A stretch of DNA of 62,759 nt, the filler included, from Collodictyon triciliatum (Eukaryota), in the NCBI GenBank assembly GCA_043381765.1. It is 10 parts of 10 records of this genome, joined end to end, with 100 filler letters (N's around TTAATTAATTAA, not from the genome) between each part and the next. Parts side by side here need not be neighbours in the genome. Positions count along the whole stretch, not along the records: positions 1 to 6,704 come from JBHJMP010004300.1; positions 6,805 to 13,504 come from JBHJMP010004301.1; 8 more parts are not named here. The stretch is one strand, 5' to 3'. This document shows, in pieces, positions 1 to 12,551 of this stretch. The position numbers and the translations under genes are program-made. The notes beneath the pieces are model-generated. The model saw only the letters and a list, made by a program, of their open reading frames with translations, was not told the origin of the DNA and searched no databases. The number at the start of each line of letters is the position of its first letter. Position 1 is the first letter of the stretch.

Positions 1-2193
1 GTTTTTTGTTTTTTGTTTTTTGTTTTTTGTTTTTTGTTTTTTGTTTTTTGTTTTGTTTTTTGTTTTTTGTTTTTTTTGTTTTTTTTGTTTTTTTGTTTTT
101 TTGTTTTTTTGTTTTTTAGTTTATTTTCCACCGACGACTTGGCAATGTGATGTCGTTATTTGGTTATGCTAAGTCATATCAATTACTCTCAGCACAAATA
201 ATTGATATTATTTTGTACAATTACAATAAATGAAAATTTAACGAAGAAAATTGCGTTTTATATTTATTTTCCGCATTTAGAAAAATCATGTCCTTCCCTT
301 ACAAAGTATGTTGGCGCTGGGCACTGTCACCAGGTGATGCAGTTATATGGGTACGGAGTTATTTGCCTCGAAGGAAGAAGTATGAAATAATTCCACCGCT
401 ATCACTGGGCTCCAGTCCCCCAGAGTTGTTTGCAATAAACATGACATTCCAGTCGCTGGACGAGTACTATGACTTTTTGCGTTTGACAAACTCACTCAAA
501 ACCTACTCATCGTTGAGACTGTAAAATTTTTCCTTTTTACATATGTTCGTTCATTGTGATTCTGGCGAATAAGGAAATGTATTCCACATCGATGCAGAAC
601 ATTGAGGAGCCATTACTGAGACTGTTCCTTTATTTTTATTTAGTTTTTTTTTTTTGAAATTTCTTTCCTCGAGTCATAATTAGTTAAAAACGTATATCCT
701 TCTTTAGGTTTCGATTTTGGTTTTGTTCTTGTTTCAGATGAAAGTCAGCTGAAGCGAAAGAAATTTATCTTGAATGAATCAGCCTGAATTTCATGTCATC
801 AAAAAATTTTGGGGATGAAGTATTACCCACTTTTTTTCTCGTTGCACTCTTTCAAGCTACTGTTTTTTGCGCTACAACGAAGATGAACCACTAGTTTTCT
901 TCATCACTTACGGCTTTATGATGTTGTAGTCCAACTTTGAATCGAATAAAGGGAAAAAAATGATATTGTAGTCCAATTAATTGCACATGTTTTATCAGGT
1001 CGATAAGCTGCCATTTAAATCAGTTTCTTCCGTGTTGAGTTTGCTATATTTGTTTTGCATAGGAAGTACCCGATTCCAGAACACCCCTGGATAACTGTAG
1101 CACCAACACTGACCCCTCCTATTCATATCTTAAATTGAGTATATTCACATCCAAAAATTGAAAAATCTTGCATGTTTTCAAACAGTGCATTTTTTTTCTC
1201 AGCTTGGTCGCTGTTTTTGCATGCGTTTTGATTCCCAGAGCAGTGTGAGACAAGGTAATGGCAGACTTTTTCTGGGTGAAAATGCCGATTCCACAAAGAA
1301 TCAGAGTGCGAAATATGTTGGATATATGGATATAGGAAATTCAACGAGCGTACTGATGAAGTGGACTTTAGAGGCGAAAAGAGGATGTTGAGTTGAACGA
1401 GGGGAAAATAGGTGTACATTTTGTGTATCTTTTACGAAACGCGCCGAAACATGCCAAATGTACTCATATTAAAGATGCCATATGGGATCAATTTTACTGA
1501 ATTATTAGAGGACTTTTCTGATTCTTACTCCACATTTGTATATATGATTGTTTTGTTCGCTGATCGCCCGATGCGGCCGCCTTTTTGTCAATCTGTTTTT
1601 CCTCGTCTGCCTGCCTTCTGGCGCAACTTCCTGCGCGCCTTGAAACATATTAACGGGCATTTTGTGGGAGCTAACAAGGAGACCTTCTTCCTCTTTCTCT
1701 CAATATCAATACCTCTTTTCTCTTTTCTTGAATTTCATGTTTTATTTTTAATATTTATTCTTCTTTTCTTCTTTTCTTCTTTTCTTCTTTTCTTTTTCTA
1801 TTTCTTTTTCTATTTCTTTTTCTATTTCTTTTTCTGTTTATTTTTATTTTTTATTTTTTATTTTTCTTATTTTTCTTTCTTATTTTTCCTTTCCTGTTTC
1901 CTTTTGGACAAACTGGATTACTTCCCACCTTGATAAGGAGCAATTGCCGGACTGACTCCCACTTTTTTCACCTCCCTTTCGTCCGCTTCGTCACTTATTA
2001 CGCCGATCAAGAGTTGGATCGTCAATAGAGCACGAATTCTAAAGATTCTTCTGGAGAGAAAAGAGCCTCCCATCTTTCGTTGGAAACTCACCCGTTGATT
2101 GTAGTGCTCTCAACGATTACCACCCAACCACCGACAAGCTATTCGACTAATTATTGTGTCCCTATAGTACAATCCAGAGAACTCCATACATAG

Positions 2194-4749
2194 ATGAATG
2201 AGGCCCAAGAGGAGGCCCGAAAAGCCTTGGGTTTGGCGCAAAAAGCAGTCTTGAATGGTGATTTTGACAAGGCCATTTCACTTGGACAGAAAGCTTTTCG
2301 AATCGATCCCTCTGTCGAAAACGAATACGAAATGATGAACTCTGTCGCTCGGGTTCTAAAGCTCTCAAAGTAATATTTGTTATCGCGCTTGATTCCAGAC
2401 GCGCTATCTGCAGTTCTCATAAGACATTTCTGTTCTATACTAATATGGCTCATATAGTTTTTTCTATCTTATCATTTGATTAATTAAATATTGAAAAAAT
2501 GACGAAGCAGAAACAGAAATGTTAGTCCATCATGTTCAGCCAGATTTTTCAAAGCACCAATAATAATTCATGTCGCCCAATTAGAACCGAACCGCCCAAC
2601 TACTATGCCATGCTGGATGTCGCACCGAGTGCAACTGCAGAGGCAATAAAGAAAGCATTTCGACAGAAAGCATTAGGTTTGCATCCAGACAAGAATCGAA
2701 GTCCTAGGGCAAACGAGGCCTTCGCCATAATTAAACAGGGCCATACCATACTTACCGATGAGGCAGAAAGGAGAACATACGACCTCAGCCTTTGTTTATC
2801 ATCCAGGTGTGTATTTTATTTAAAAAAATAAGCAGGATTTTATGTTTTTTTTTAAGAAGATGTACACACATACACACAAATGACAATTGACAAAGAAAGA
2901 AGAAGCTACAATCGCTCACTATATCTATTGGCCAGCCAATAAGAGAAAGCCACCTATCCAGACAATATCCTCACAACAACTGCACACATATACCTTGTCT
3001 ATCCAAATGGCCCTCCACAGATCCAACCAGTTTATATGGAAGCCATCATCGTACCAAGCAGCGGCCACCGCACCCACTCCGCAGACATTCACCCCGCGCC
3101 AGACTTACACGCCGTCCTACTCCTACACTCCATTCCCGACCCAGGCGCAGTACCAACCGTCGTTCACACCACAGCCCACTCCCCGCACCCACACCTTCCA
3201 CTTCACCACATTCTACAACCCCCATGCGCAGCAGGCCCAATCGCCCGGCCCAACAAGCTCCCCACATTGCCCGCCCCACTCAGCAGCGCCCAGCACAGAG
3301 CCTCCGCAGGCAAGACCAAAAGCGCCAGACTCATCCCCACCAAAGAAGCGGCAAAACACCCGCCAGAAAGCTCCGAAACCCTCCACCGAGTCGGCCACAT
3401 TGCCGGCCAAACCGCCTGTCGATGAGCAACACTACGCACCCGCGCAGCCTCCACCGGCAAAGAGCTACAATTTTCAAAGCCATTTTGCCACCAGCACCAA
3501 GAAGCCAACCCCACAACCAAGCAGAAAGAAACTCGGCCGAAAGGCGCAGACGAAGGCTCTCCCGACAAAGCTAACCCCTGATGTCCCAATCCCACAGAAA
3601 ATGCGGCAGCAGTCGCCCTACGACCTGGCCTCGACATCAGATTCTACTGGAGATGTGGAGGATGTGCGCCAAGCAGAAACCAAAGAGCAGTCCAAACACG
3701 AGCCCGCGGCTGCCACAAAAGACCAGACAAATGCACAAGATACTTGCGCCACAGACTCTGAGAACAGCTTCGAATTCTTTTTCGAAAACACCACGCGAGC
3801 AAATCACCCGGTGAAGAAGGCAACTTTACCTGCCGAGCCTGTAAGGCTTCCCGAACCTTCGCGGCAGGTCGACCCGCTGCCAGATGATGAGGCCAAGGGT
3901 TCTCCCGAGAAGGAGCGGAGCGACTCGTCCTTCTGCGAGGTTCTTGAGGTCGCAGAGAGCATCTATGCTGATGAAGACATCGAGTTGCCCCACGAATCGG
4001 CAACGAGCAAAAACAAACTAGCTGTGGATTCGGCTGCAGAACGCGCAGACTGCCAAAGCGAGCAGAGTCAGAAGGTGGACCAGGAGAAGGAAACAATGAC
4101 GCGCATGAATGCACAGCACGAATCTGCAGAGGACTTTGGTTCAATAACAACTAGCAAGAATACCCACAAAGTGCCGCAGATTGATCCGGAGCCAACAACA
4201 CCCACAAACCCCAGCGAAGACGCACTCGTCCGCGCCAAAGCTACTTCGACTCCTCCTTCAACCGCAACTCCAATCAAACTCACACGAATCCACGAGTATT
4301 TCAACAGCAAGGGTGCAAGTACAAATGCAAATGCAAATGCAAAACCCATCACAAGCACAAGTAAAACTGTGCAAGGAAAGCAGGACTGGGTTGACCGGGG
4401 GCAAAAGCCGGATTGGATGGGCAAAAGCACAGCAAAGCTGCAGAAAGAGGAGAAAAGCTTCCTGCCGAAAAAGAACGCTGCCCGCAAGACTGGGTGCACA
4501 TTCTTTGGGGAAGGTGCGCCTGGAACGCGGGCAGGGCGGCCGGGCAAAGGAGACGATGTCTTTGAGTCTGCGTCGCTGTCTTCGCTGTCGTCGTTTTCGT
4601 CGGGCGAGTCGGACGTAGAGTTTCTCGGGCCGGGTCCAGAATCCAGCGCTCCGGTCTCGCGCAAGGTTGTCCGGTCAGTTGTGCAGGGAACCACGGTCAT
4701 TGAGATTTATGACGACAATGACGAGCTGGCTTATGTGGATCTCACGTGA
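2194..4749 (+). CDS. DnaJ/Hsp40-family protein: N-terminal helical/TPR-like segment, J-domain, long low-complexity tail (3 exons)
   Basis: Exon 1 from ATG 2194 reads MNEAQEEARKALGLAQKAVLNGDFDKAISLGQKAF. A GT-AG intron at ~2370-2584 leads to a J-domain exon NYYAMLDV...LGLHPDKNRSPRANEAF with the HPD motif, followed by ORF 2887-4749. The second donor position is approximate. Confidence 0.8.
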
Positions 4750-5143
4750 TTGTGCAACCGATTCTTGTAGCGTTCTTTGCTTTTTTTCTTTCTTTTTTTT
4801 CTTTTCTTCATTTCTCATTCGCCATTCTTGCTCGACTGTTCTCTCTATCAAACTCTGTGAGTCATTCTTGTTTATTCCGTTTTATTTTTATTTCGTGCCC
4901 AGTAATCACCAATCGATACGTGGGGAACTCGTTGATGCGGCTCTCTTTTCAGTTTGCTGTCGATGCGATGATATAATGGACATAAAGCAACAACCAAATT
5001 ATAATTGTGGGAGGAGATATAAAAAATATTATTGAAAAAAATCACAGTGGGTCACAAGAACAGGCGAAAAAGGCGGCATTGGGTCTTGAAGTGGTGTGCT
5101 CATTCCAATATGATGAGAGGTGTGATTGTGAAAGTGATTGTAA

Positions 5144-6520
5144 TTAAGAAGAGCCGTCTCTTATGAGAACCCATCCAACAAGCCCAACCACGCCCAGCAT
5201 CACGAAGATGGGCGAGAAAATCTCTGTGAACTTAGCGTCCAAGGCATCGCTAAGTTTGGAGCAGAGGAGCAGGGCGTAGATTGCAAACGGCAGAAGGAGG
5301 ACGGCATGGGTGTTTACGATCAGCATCGCCCGGCTGCCCGACTGCTTGGCCCGCTGTTTGGTGTGAAGGTTTTGTTTGAGCTTGTTTCTCGGTGATTGAT
5401 GCTTGGAGCAGTGTTGGCTCGGCAACTTTTTTTTTTCATAGCTTTGTTTCTTTGTTTCTTTGTTTCTTTGTTTCTTTGTTTCTTTGTTTCTTTGTTTCTT
5501 TGTTTGACCCTTACAAGGCGCAAGGCGATCATTGCGCAGAGGTAGCCCAGAAGTAAAAACATGACCCACAGCGGAGCAAACGTCTGCGTCGTCATGTTGT
5601 ATAAGAAAACTTGCGAGTACGAGAAAAAAACAAAAACAAAAACAAAAACAAAAACAAAAACAAAAACAAAAACAAAAACAAAAACAAAAACAAAAACAAA
5701 AACAAAAACAAAAACAAAAACAAAAACAAAAACAAAAGCAAAAGAAAAGAACGAAAAGAGGCAAGGCTAAACCCCTCGACTCATTCTGCTTTGTGTTCTT
5801 CATCGTCCAGAGGGAAGAAAAACTTGCCTGCCACCAGCTCCAGCCGGGGAGTTTGCCGTCGAGCTTCTGTCCAAGAAGGAGGAAGAAGGCGAAGAAGCCG
5901 AGACTCAGCAGGAGGAGATGAGCACGCATTTGTTGCGACTGGTTTGTTTCGGAGTGTTCTGCTGCGCTGTTGTCTTGCCTTGGGCTGCTGCTTTGCTGCC
6001 GAAAGTGTGCTCCTTTGTGTTGTTGGATCAAACGCGATTCTTGGCAAAAACATAACATAGAATCTGCAGGCTTTGATTCTTTGTTTCTTTGTTTCTTTGT
6101 TTCTTTGTTTCTTTGTCATAAGCGCACCATAAAAATTTCCAAGGTTGATTTATTCTATACCTCACAATTGAATAAATGTATTTATCGCGCTGAGAGATGT
6201 AGTTGAGAGGAACCAAAAAAAAAATAATAATGAATAAGAAAAGTTTCTGTTGCTGAGAAACAAGCACACTGGTAGAGACAAAGGGCACATTCCCCAGAAA
6301 ATAATATTATTGCACTGGCGTTCTTTCCTTCTTCTTCCAACCCGACACGAAGCCGAATAAAACAAAAAGCAAGGAAGCAAGCGATCAGAAAGAGGGACCC
6401 TGAGAAGGACAAGACCGCCACAGCCCTGCGCCAATGAACGCCAACTGATCATACGCAAACCGGGAAGGCCGACGCAGCCAACGCAGAGAGCGAAAAAGTC
6501 ACTTGACCACAGCCCTTGCA
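5144..6520 (-). CDS. TMEM185/TMEM60/TMEM203-like multipass membrane protein (spliced, 5' end uncertain)
   Basis: Repeated family-like motifs in separate exons: LLLGQKLDGKLPGWSWWQ|TFAPLWVMF and LLLCSKLSDALDAKFTEIFSPIFVM. The introns carry microsatellites. Confidence 0.55.
5629..5737. repeat. (AAAAAC)n microsatellite, representative of many simple repeats: (AAT)n ~6624-6704, (CA)n 20401-20465, (TATG)n ~23400-23510, (AAAC)n ~25478-25572, (AGTAAT)n ~26341-26430, (TTCTC)n ~33992-34085, (TTTG)n ~37941-38036, (CATA)n 53241-53345
   Basis: Directly visible. They lie mostly in introns or at contig ends. Confidence 0.95.
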
Positions 6521-6623
6521 ACACAGGTTATGCACCGAGACACACCGACGATCAAGACGCCAGCTGCCACCGACCCGTGAGTACAACAACCTACTAATAG
6601 GACGGAGCGAGCTCTTTGAAACA

Positions 6624-6704
<81 letters not shown>

Positions 6705-6804
6705 NNNNNNNNNNNNNNNNNNNNNNNNNNNNNNNNNNNNNNNNNNNNTTAATTAATTAANNNNNNNNNNNNNNNNNNNNNNNNNNNNNNNNNNNNNNNN
6801 NNNN
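6705..6804. other. Artificial contig linker N44-TTAATTAATTAA-N44 (also 13505-13604, 20301-20400, 27095-27194, 33887-33986, 39563-39662, 46356-46455, 53141-53240, 59924-60023)
   Basis: An identical 100-nt spacer with stops in all six frames recurs about every 6.7 kb, usually next to simple repeats where short-read contigs break. Confidence 0.97.
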
Positions 6805-7199
6805 TTCTTTTTCTTTTTCTTTTTCTTTTTCTTTTTCTTTTTCTTTTTCTTTTTCTTTTTCTTTTTCTTTTTCTTTTTGGTGACTCTCTACCCGGAGGCA
6901 GACGGGCACAGGCTCGTGTTTGCCTTGCGTTTGTGCGCGTGAATATGATGAAGACAGACAACATCAAATAAATTCGACACTCCAAAAGGGCATAGGCGCG
7001 CCCAAAAGCAGTTGTCATGTTGATGGGGCTAGAGAGGGTGGTGGTGGGCAGAGCTGTCAGGCTTTATTCTCAAGGTGCGCTGCTATCTTCTTGGTACTTG
7101 ACAGGATGGCATTCCATAGGTATCTTTTTTTTTTTTTTCATTTTCTTTTTCACTCTTGCGTTATGCAGATGTATTTTCCGGCGCTACTACAGTCGGGCA

Positions 7200-8774
7200 T
7201 CATGAGTAGAGCCTGATGTTCAGATGCATGGAAAAGACACAAAAGAAAAGCCACACGGAGCAGATCGGTCGGTGCAGCGGCCTCCATTTCTCGACATCCT
7301 CCGCTCGGATACTTCCATGCTGTATTTCGTGGCTCAGAGATGCTATATCACCAACCATTTCGAATCCGAGCTGGACCAATGTTTGATACAAGTATTCTTG
7401 AATGGAAGAGATGGGCTGGAATGCTTCGCTTGAAGACTCGATCAACGGATGAATAAAGTACATCAGAAGCGGGGCTAGAAATAATGCACTTATCTCCGAT
7501 GATATTTCATCAAAAATGTATGTCGCCTGATGGACTACAGATTCTGCAACAAAACGGTCTTCAGCCTCGGCCCGACTTCCATCGCCACGTACCTCGTCTG
7601 GCTCGTCTCCTGTGCTGCGTATGTCATGCAGTCCGTCCAAAGGTGAAACTCGTGTGTTTATCTTTCGCCTCAAGGGTAAGAGGGTTGATGGAAAGAAAGA
7701 TTTCCATGTGCGTAGGAATCGGAACGACCATCTCATCCTTCGTCGGAATGTGAGTGCAGACAATATCTCCAAGGAAGCACTGGCCATGTTAACTAGAACA
7801 AACCTGAAGGATATTGCATCGTTTGTCGAAAGGCTTGAGATTAAGATGCGCCCAATAAATTGTATGTACAGATTGTTAATCTTGTTCTGGGCTGATCTTT
7901 GTGTCATGTGCTCTGGTGATAGATTGATTATCACTCTGTATTGGTACCAGTCGGAGACCGAGAAACACATCGGGAACACGATGAAGCGAAAAAATAGCTG
8001 GGTATAGAATGCAGACTTCATATATACGGATAAAATGTTGAAAAATATGAAATTCACAAAGATATTGTACCCCAACAGCCCTTTGAACAGAGCCAAAGGC
8101 GATCCATCCTTTGTCAACTCGAATCGCTTTTCTTGCAACTCACTGATGTTATTTGGCTTTTTGCATTTTACTATTGCTACGAGACCGATCGCGAGGAATA
8201 TTATGCTGAGCGCGTATCTTACATTAACCATGCTTGGGTCGGCTTTGAAATCTGGCAAGTAATAGTACAGAACATCGAAGATGAGCATCGGGAAAACAGC
8301 AAAAGCCAGTGCATTTTTCGCGAATTGGAAGCTGAAAATGTAGATAGTGGTCATCGATAAGGAGAGCCAGAATGTTATCAACCTCAAAAGAATCAGGGTG
8401 TCTTGGTAAAGTATCTTCTCCACAGCACCCAGCAAAACAGGACTGAGAACCAGAGCAGGCAGATAGTAAATCCATAAGACGGCCATGTTCGCAGCCAAAG
8501 TCGCAGCAATCTTCGAAACCAAAGTAAGCCAAACAAACGTGGCTTCCTTTCCTGCGCTATGGAAACTCCTTTTCAAGTGCGTGGTGGTATTCTGGGATAT
8601 GTTGTACGGCACATGATTGCCACACACCGACTGCTGCGATTTGTGATTATGCTCATCGGCCTCTCCTGCGGATGCTGGTTCACTCATGGCGGCCCGCTCT
8701 TTTCCTGCAAATGTTTTCCTGCAAATGTTTTCCTGCAAATGTTTTCCTGCGATCAGTACGCGAGTCATGGACAT
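7200..8774 (-). CDS. Uncharacterised intronless multipass membrane protein (true start may be 8687, MSEPAS)
   Basis: Uninterrupted 524-aa ORF with many hydrophobic segments. No family recognised. Confidence 0.7.
   Translation of the reverse strand: MSMTRVLIAGKHLQENICRKTFAGKERAAMSEPASAGEADEHNHKSQQSVCGNHVPYNISQNTTTHLKRSFHSAGKEATFVWLTLVSKIAATLAANMAVLWIYYLPALVLSPVLLGAVEKILYQDTLILLRLITFWLSLSMTTIYIFSFQFAKNALAFAVFPMLIFDVLYYYLPDFKADPSMVNVRYALSIIFLAIGLVAIVKCKKPNNISELQEKRFELTKDGSPLALFKGLLGYNIFVNFIFFNILSVYMKSAFYTQLFFRFIVFPMCFSVSDWYQYRVIINLSPEHMTQRSAQNKINNLYIQFIGRILISSLSTNDAISFRFVLVNMASASLEILSALTFRRRMRWSFRFLRTWKSFFPSTLLPLRRKINTRVSPLDGLHDIRSTGDEPDEVRGDGSRAEAEDRFVAESVVHQATYIFDEISSEISALFLAPLLMYFIHPLIESSSEAFQPISSIQEYLYQTLVQLGFEMVGDIASLSHEIQHGSIRAEDVEKWRPLHRPICSVWLFFCVFSMHLNIRLYS
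8701..8750. repeat. 15-bp tandem repeat (TTTCCTGCAAATGTT) x~3.3
   Basis: Directly visible at 8701-8750. Confidence 0.85.
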
Positions 8775-9512
8775 ACCATCTTTAGTCCTGCGCTATGCAA
8801 GGTGTTTCTTGGCCAGGAACAGAGTGACAACCCCCGACGAGCCACACCAAATCAGAATTTCAATATTTCTGGAAATTACAACAGAAGTTATATGTGCATG
8901 TGTGAACCTTCCAAGCGAGACTTGCGCAAGCCCCAAATTTCGCTGTTTCGTGAATTCGAAATGAAAATAGAGAGCATGATTTTCGGTGATTGAAACCTCA
9001 TAATTCCGAATATGGCGTACGTATTGAATAGATGTCACTTTCAACAATTTACACATTAGGCAGGTGCACACATGTTTTGGGTTATCCACTAATTACCGCA
9101 ACAACCAATTTGACTCAAGGATATTATTTAAATCAGCACACACAGTGTTAAGATAAAAAAACCGATATTAAAATATATTCCACATATGTGCCAATCATAC
9201 AATTCATATCCATAACCATATATAGAAAAGGGCAGAGCGAACAGCCTTTGATGCCTTTGTTGATCAACCGATACCAACAAACGCTAGAACACTCCATCCT
9301 CCTGGATCGCGAGTCAAGACACAAGCCAGTCCTTCTGCAAACACGCACGAACTTGTCAGCAGGTCTTCGCTTTGCTGCGTTGCGCTGTGCAGTCTTGCGC
9401 TGTGTCTACAGACAGACAGTGGCAGTTGCGACCTGTTGCGCGATAAATGCCAATCAATCAAACAGATGATTCTTAGTTGAACACCGTTTGTAGCCTTCTC
9501 TGACGCGCCGCA

Positions 9513-12136
9513 ATGTCGATCGACATCCGCCTGAAGCGCCCCGACAGGACATACTACCCTGGGGTAACACTTTCTTTTTCTTCCCTCATTTCCTCTCCTC
9601 CTCTTTTCCTCCATCATCTCCTCTTTTCCTCCATCATCTCCTCTTTTCCTCCATTATCTCCTCTTTTCCTCTCTTTTCCTCTCTTTTCCTCTCTTTTCCT
9701 CTCTTTTCCTCTCTTTTCCTCTCTTTTCCTCTCTTTTCCTCTCTTTTCCTCTCTGTTTCTCTCTGTTTCTCTCTGTTTCTCTCTGTTTCTCTCTGTTTCT
9801 CTAACGCGTCCCTTTGATCCACGGCCCTTGTGGAAACAGGAGGTTGTCTACGGATTTGTCGTGATTGCAACCAAAGGCCCGATGCAGCACAGTGGAATCA
9901 CCCTGGCTCTGGATGCGAGCGTCACGATGCAGCTGAGTGCAAAGAGCGTCGGGTTGTTTGAGGCTTTCTACAACTCACTCAAACCTGTCCAGCTCATGCA
10001 GTTCAATACCGAAGTGGCCTCCTCTGGCAAATTATACCAGTCTACCCCACACAACCACATTTAATCACATAAGAGCATTTAGACACACACAGATATATGT
10101 ACACAAAAAAATGAAGCAGAAGGGCGAATGCCAAATATTATTTACCAATATTTTGAATCCCATGACAAATTTTATTGTATTTCTTTGTTTGTTCTCTCGT
10201 ATTTTTATTTTATTAAACAAATTGGTTAAATGACGAGAGTCTCNNNNNNNNNNNNNNNNNNNNNNNNNNNNNNNNNNNNNNNNNNNNNNNNNNNNNNNNN
10301 NNNNNNNNNNNNNNNNNNNNNNNNNNNNNNNNNNNNNNNNNNNNNNNNNNNNNNNNNNNNNNNNNNNNNNNNNNNNNNNNNNNNNNNNNNNNNNNNNNNN
10401 NNNNNNNNNNNNNNNNNNNNNNNNNNNNNNNNNNNNNNNNNNNNNNNNNNNNNNNNNNNNNNNNNNNNNNNNNNNNNNNNNNNNNNNNNNNNNNNNNNNN
10501 NNNNNNNNNNNNNNNNNNNNNNNNNNNNNNNNNNNNNNNNNNNNNNNNNNNNNNNNNNNNNNNNNNNNNNNNNNNNNNNNNNNNNNNNNNNNNNNNNNNN
10601 NNNNNNNNNNNNNNNNNNNNNNNNNNNNNNNNNNNNNNNNNNNNNNNNNNNNNNNNNNNNNNNNNNNNNNNNNNNNNNNNNNNNNNNNNNNNNNNNNNNN
10701 NNNNNNNNNNNNNNNNNNNNNNNNNNNNNNNNNNNNNNNNNNNNNNNNNNNNNNNNNNNNNNNNNNNNNNNNNNNNNNNNNNNNNNNNNNNNNNNNNNNN
10801 NNNNNNNNNNNNNNNNNNNNNNNNNNNNNNNNNNNNNNNNNNNNNNNNNNNNNNNNNNNNNNNNNNNNNNNNNNNNNNNNNNNNNNNNNNNNNNNNNNNN
10901 NNNNNNNNNNNNNNNNNNNNNNNNNNNNNNNNNNNNNNNNNNNNNNNNNNNNNNNNNNNNNNNNNNNNNNNNNNNNNNNNNNNNNNNNNNGGCGTGTCTC
11001 TTTTGCTTCAAAGTTGCACCATTTATTATCTATACATGCTAGGAATTCGTAAACCATATATTGTTCGGCATAAATTCCATTCTTTTTTATACGTACATAA
11101 TTTCTTCCTGTGAGACAGAATATACGCACTATATTATGTCCATTTTATAAAATTGTTTTAAATCTTTATCAGCAACACGATTTGAGATTAACCATCGAGC
11201 TCACGTCATTTCACTGTTGCAGTCGTCTGTAGATTCTATCCCACAATTTAAAATCTCGGGCCGACTTGCCACAGCTTCATGCTCCATCGAAGACCCGTTT
11301 GTTGGCGAAATCACAATTGAGACCAGTTCCACACCCATCAAGTCCATCGAAATTCAGCTTGTGCGCGTGGAAACATGTGGTACGAAAATCTCTCTTTCTT
11401 TTGCTACTTTGTCCTTAAAGCCAATAAATATGTTAAGCTCAGACGCACGCTCAACGGGTTTTCTATATCCTTTTTCTTTTCTTCTCACTGTTCATGGACG
11501 TTTTTATCATGTCAATCTACATTCCTTTTTTCTCTCTCCATTTTCCCTTCCCGCATCTCACAACTCTCACCTAATTGGCTGGTACACAACTCGTTTTTGT
11601 TTGTATACTTTTATTTTCATCACAGGCTCCGCAGACGGGTTTGCCAAGGAAGGTAAGGTTTCGATATCAAGCAGTCACTCCCCTTTCTCCATTGCAAATG
11701 TCGAAGTATTGATACATCACCATCACCATCACCATCACCATCACCATCACCATCACCATCACCATCACCATCACCATCACCATCACCATCACCATCGTGT
11801 TGATGGCTTTGCAGTCCTATCCACAGCCCCCTAACCTCCTTTCCTCCCACACTCCTCTCTCAACTTCTGCCCGGTTCACGCGCAAGCACAGCCACCGAAA
11901 TCCAAAACATCCAGGTGGGTGATGGTGACGTGTGCCAGGGGCTCACAATCCCGCTCCACATGCTCTTCCCGCGGCTCTTCACATGCCCAACCCTGGCCAC
12001 CCGCAACTTCAAAATCGAGTTTGAGGTCAACGTGATAGTGCTCCTTGTGACTGGCCACCTCATCACAGAAAACTTCCCCATCAAGCTTTTCCGCAGACAG
12101 CGCGGACCGCCTCCGAGTGCCGGCAAGGTCAAGTAG
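9513..12136 (+). CDS. VPS26C: VPS26C/DSCR3 retriever complex subunit (spliced; middle exons lost in N gap 10244-10990)
   Basis: MSIDIRLKRPDRTYYPG|EVVYGFVV...QLSAKSVGLFEAFYNSLKPVQL; IKSIEIQLVRVETCG|SADGFAKE|ATEIQNIQVGDGDVC...FPRLFTCPTLATRNFKIEFEVN...LITENFPIKLFR. These are diagnostic DSCR3 motifs. Confidence 0.93.
11716..11796. repeat. (CATCAC)n intronic microsatellite
   Basis: Visible hexamer run inside a VPS26C intron. It produces the spurious poly-His ORF. Confidence 0.9.
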
Positions 12137-12551
12137 AACGACTGCAGAAGCTGTGGTGCTCTGACGCAAGCCATGAAAGGAGATAACCACCGCGGCAAAA
12201 GCAACGATCGGACATCAACCAATCACAGGCACACCACAAATAACAGCAAAGACATGCCTTGGGCGTTGGCTTGATTCCGGGTCTCTTTTGTGCCTTCACC
12301 AGATTAGCCAGTAAAGCTAAGCAAACAGAAACAGAAACAGAAACAAAAAAAACTATACTTTTTCCTCTCCTTTACCTTTGCACCTGCAACACCATAAACC
12401 ACACTCTTTACTTTGCCAGCTAGCAGTGTTTCGTGCTTTATTCTCTAGGAAAATATCAGAAAACAAGAAGCCGCGAAAGGAGTAGTATTTTGGACGTGAT
12501 GCACGCTTGGTAGCTGCAAAGGTGGATATTAGCAGATATTTCCTTGTGTAA

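Noticed and set aside
1412-1933. ORF-track proteins rich in F/L/K/H/N/CV repeats (e.g. 1412-1933, 5561-5770, 26064-26523, 56457-56839, 61554-61826)
   Set aside because: They are translations of microsatellites, intronic low-complexity DNA or N gaps.
200-2100. Possible spliced gene upstream of the DnaJ gene
   Set aside because: Some coding-like patches exist (e.g. minus strand 1150-1390, 1530-1700, 1930-2090), but I could not build a consistent exon chain or recognise a family.
6749-6760. Recurrent TTAATTAATTAA palindrome as a biological site
   Set aside because: It is always centred in N runs and is an artificial six-frame-stop linker.
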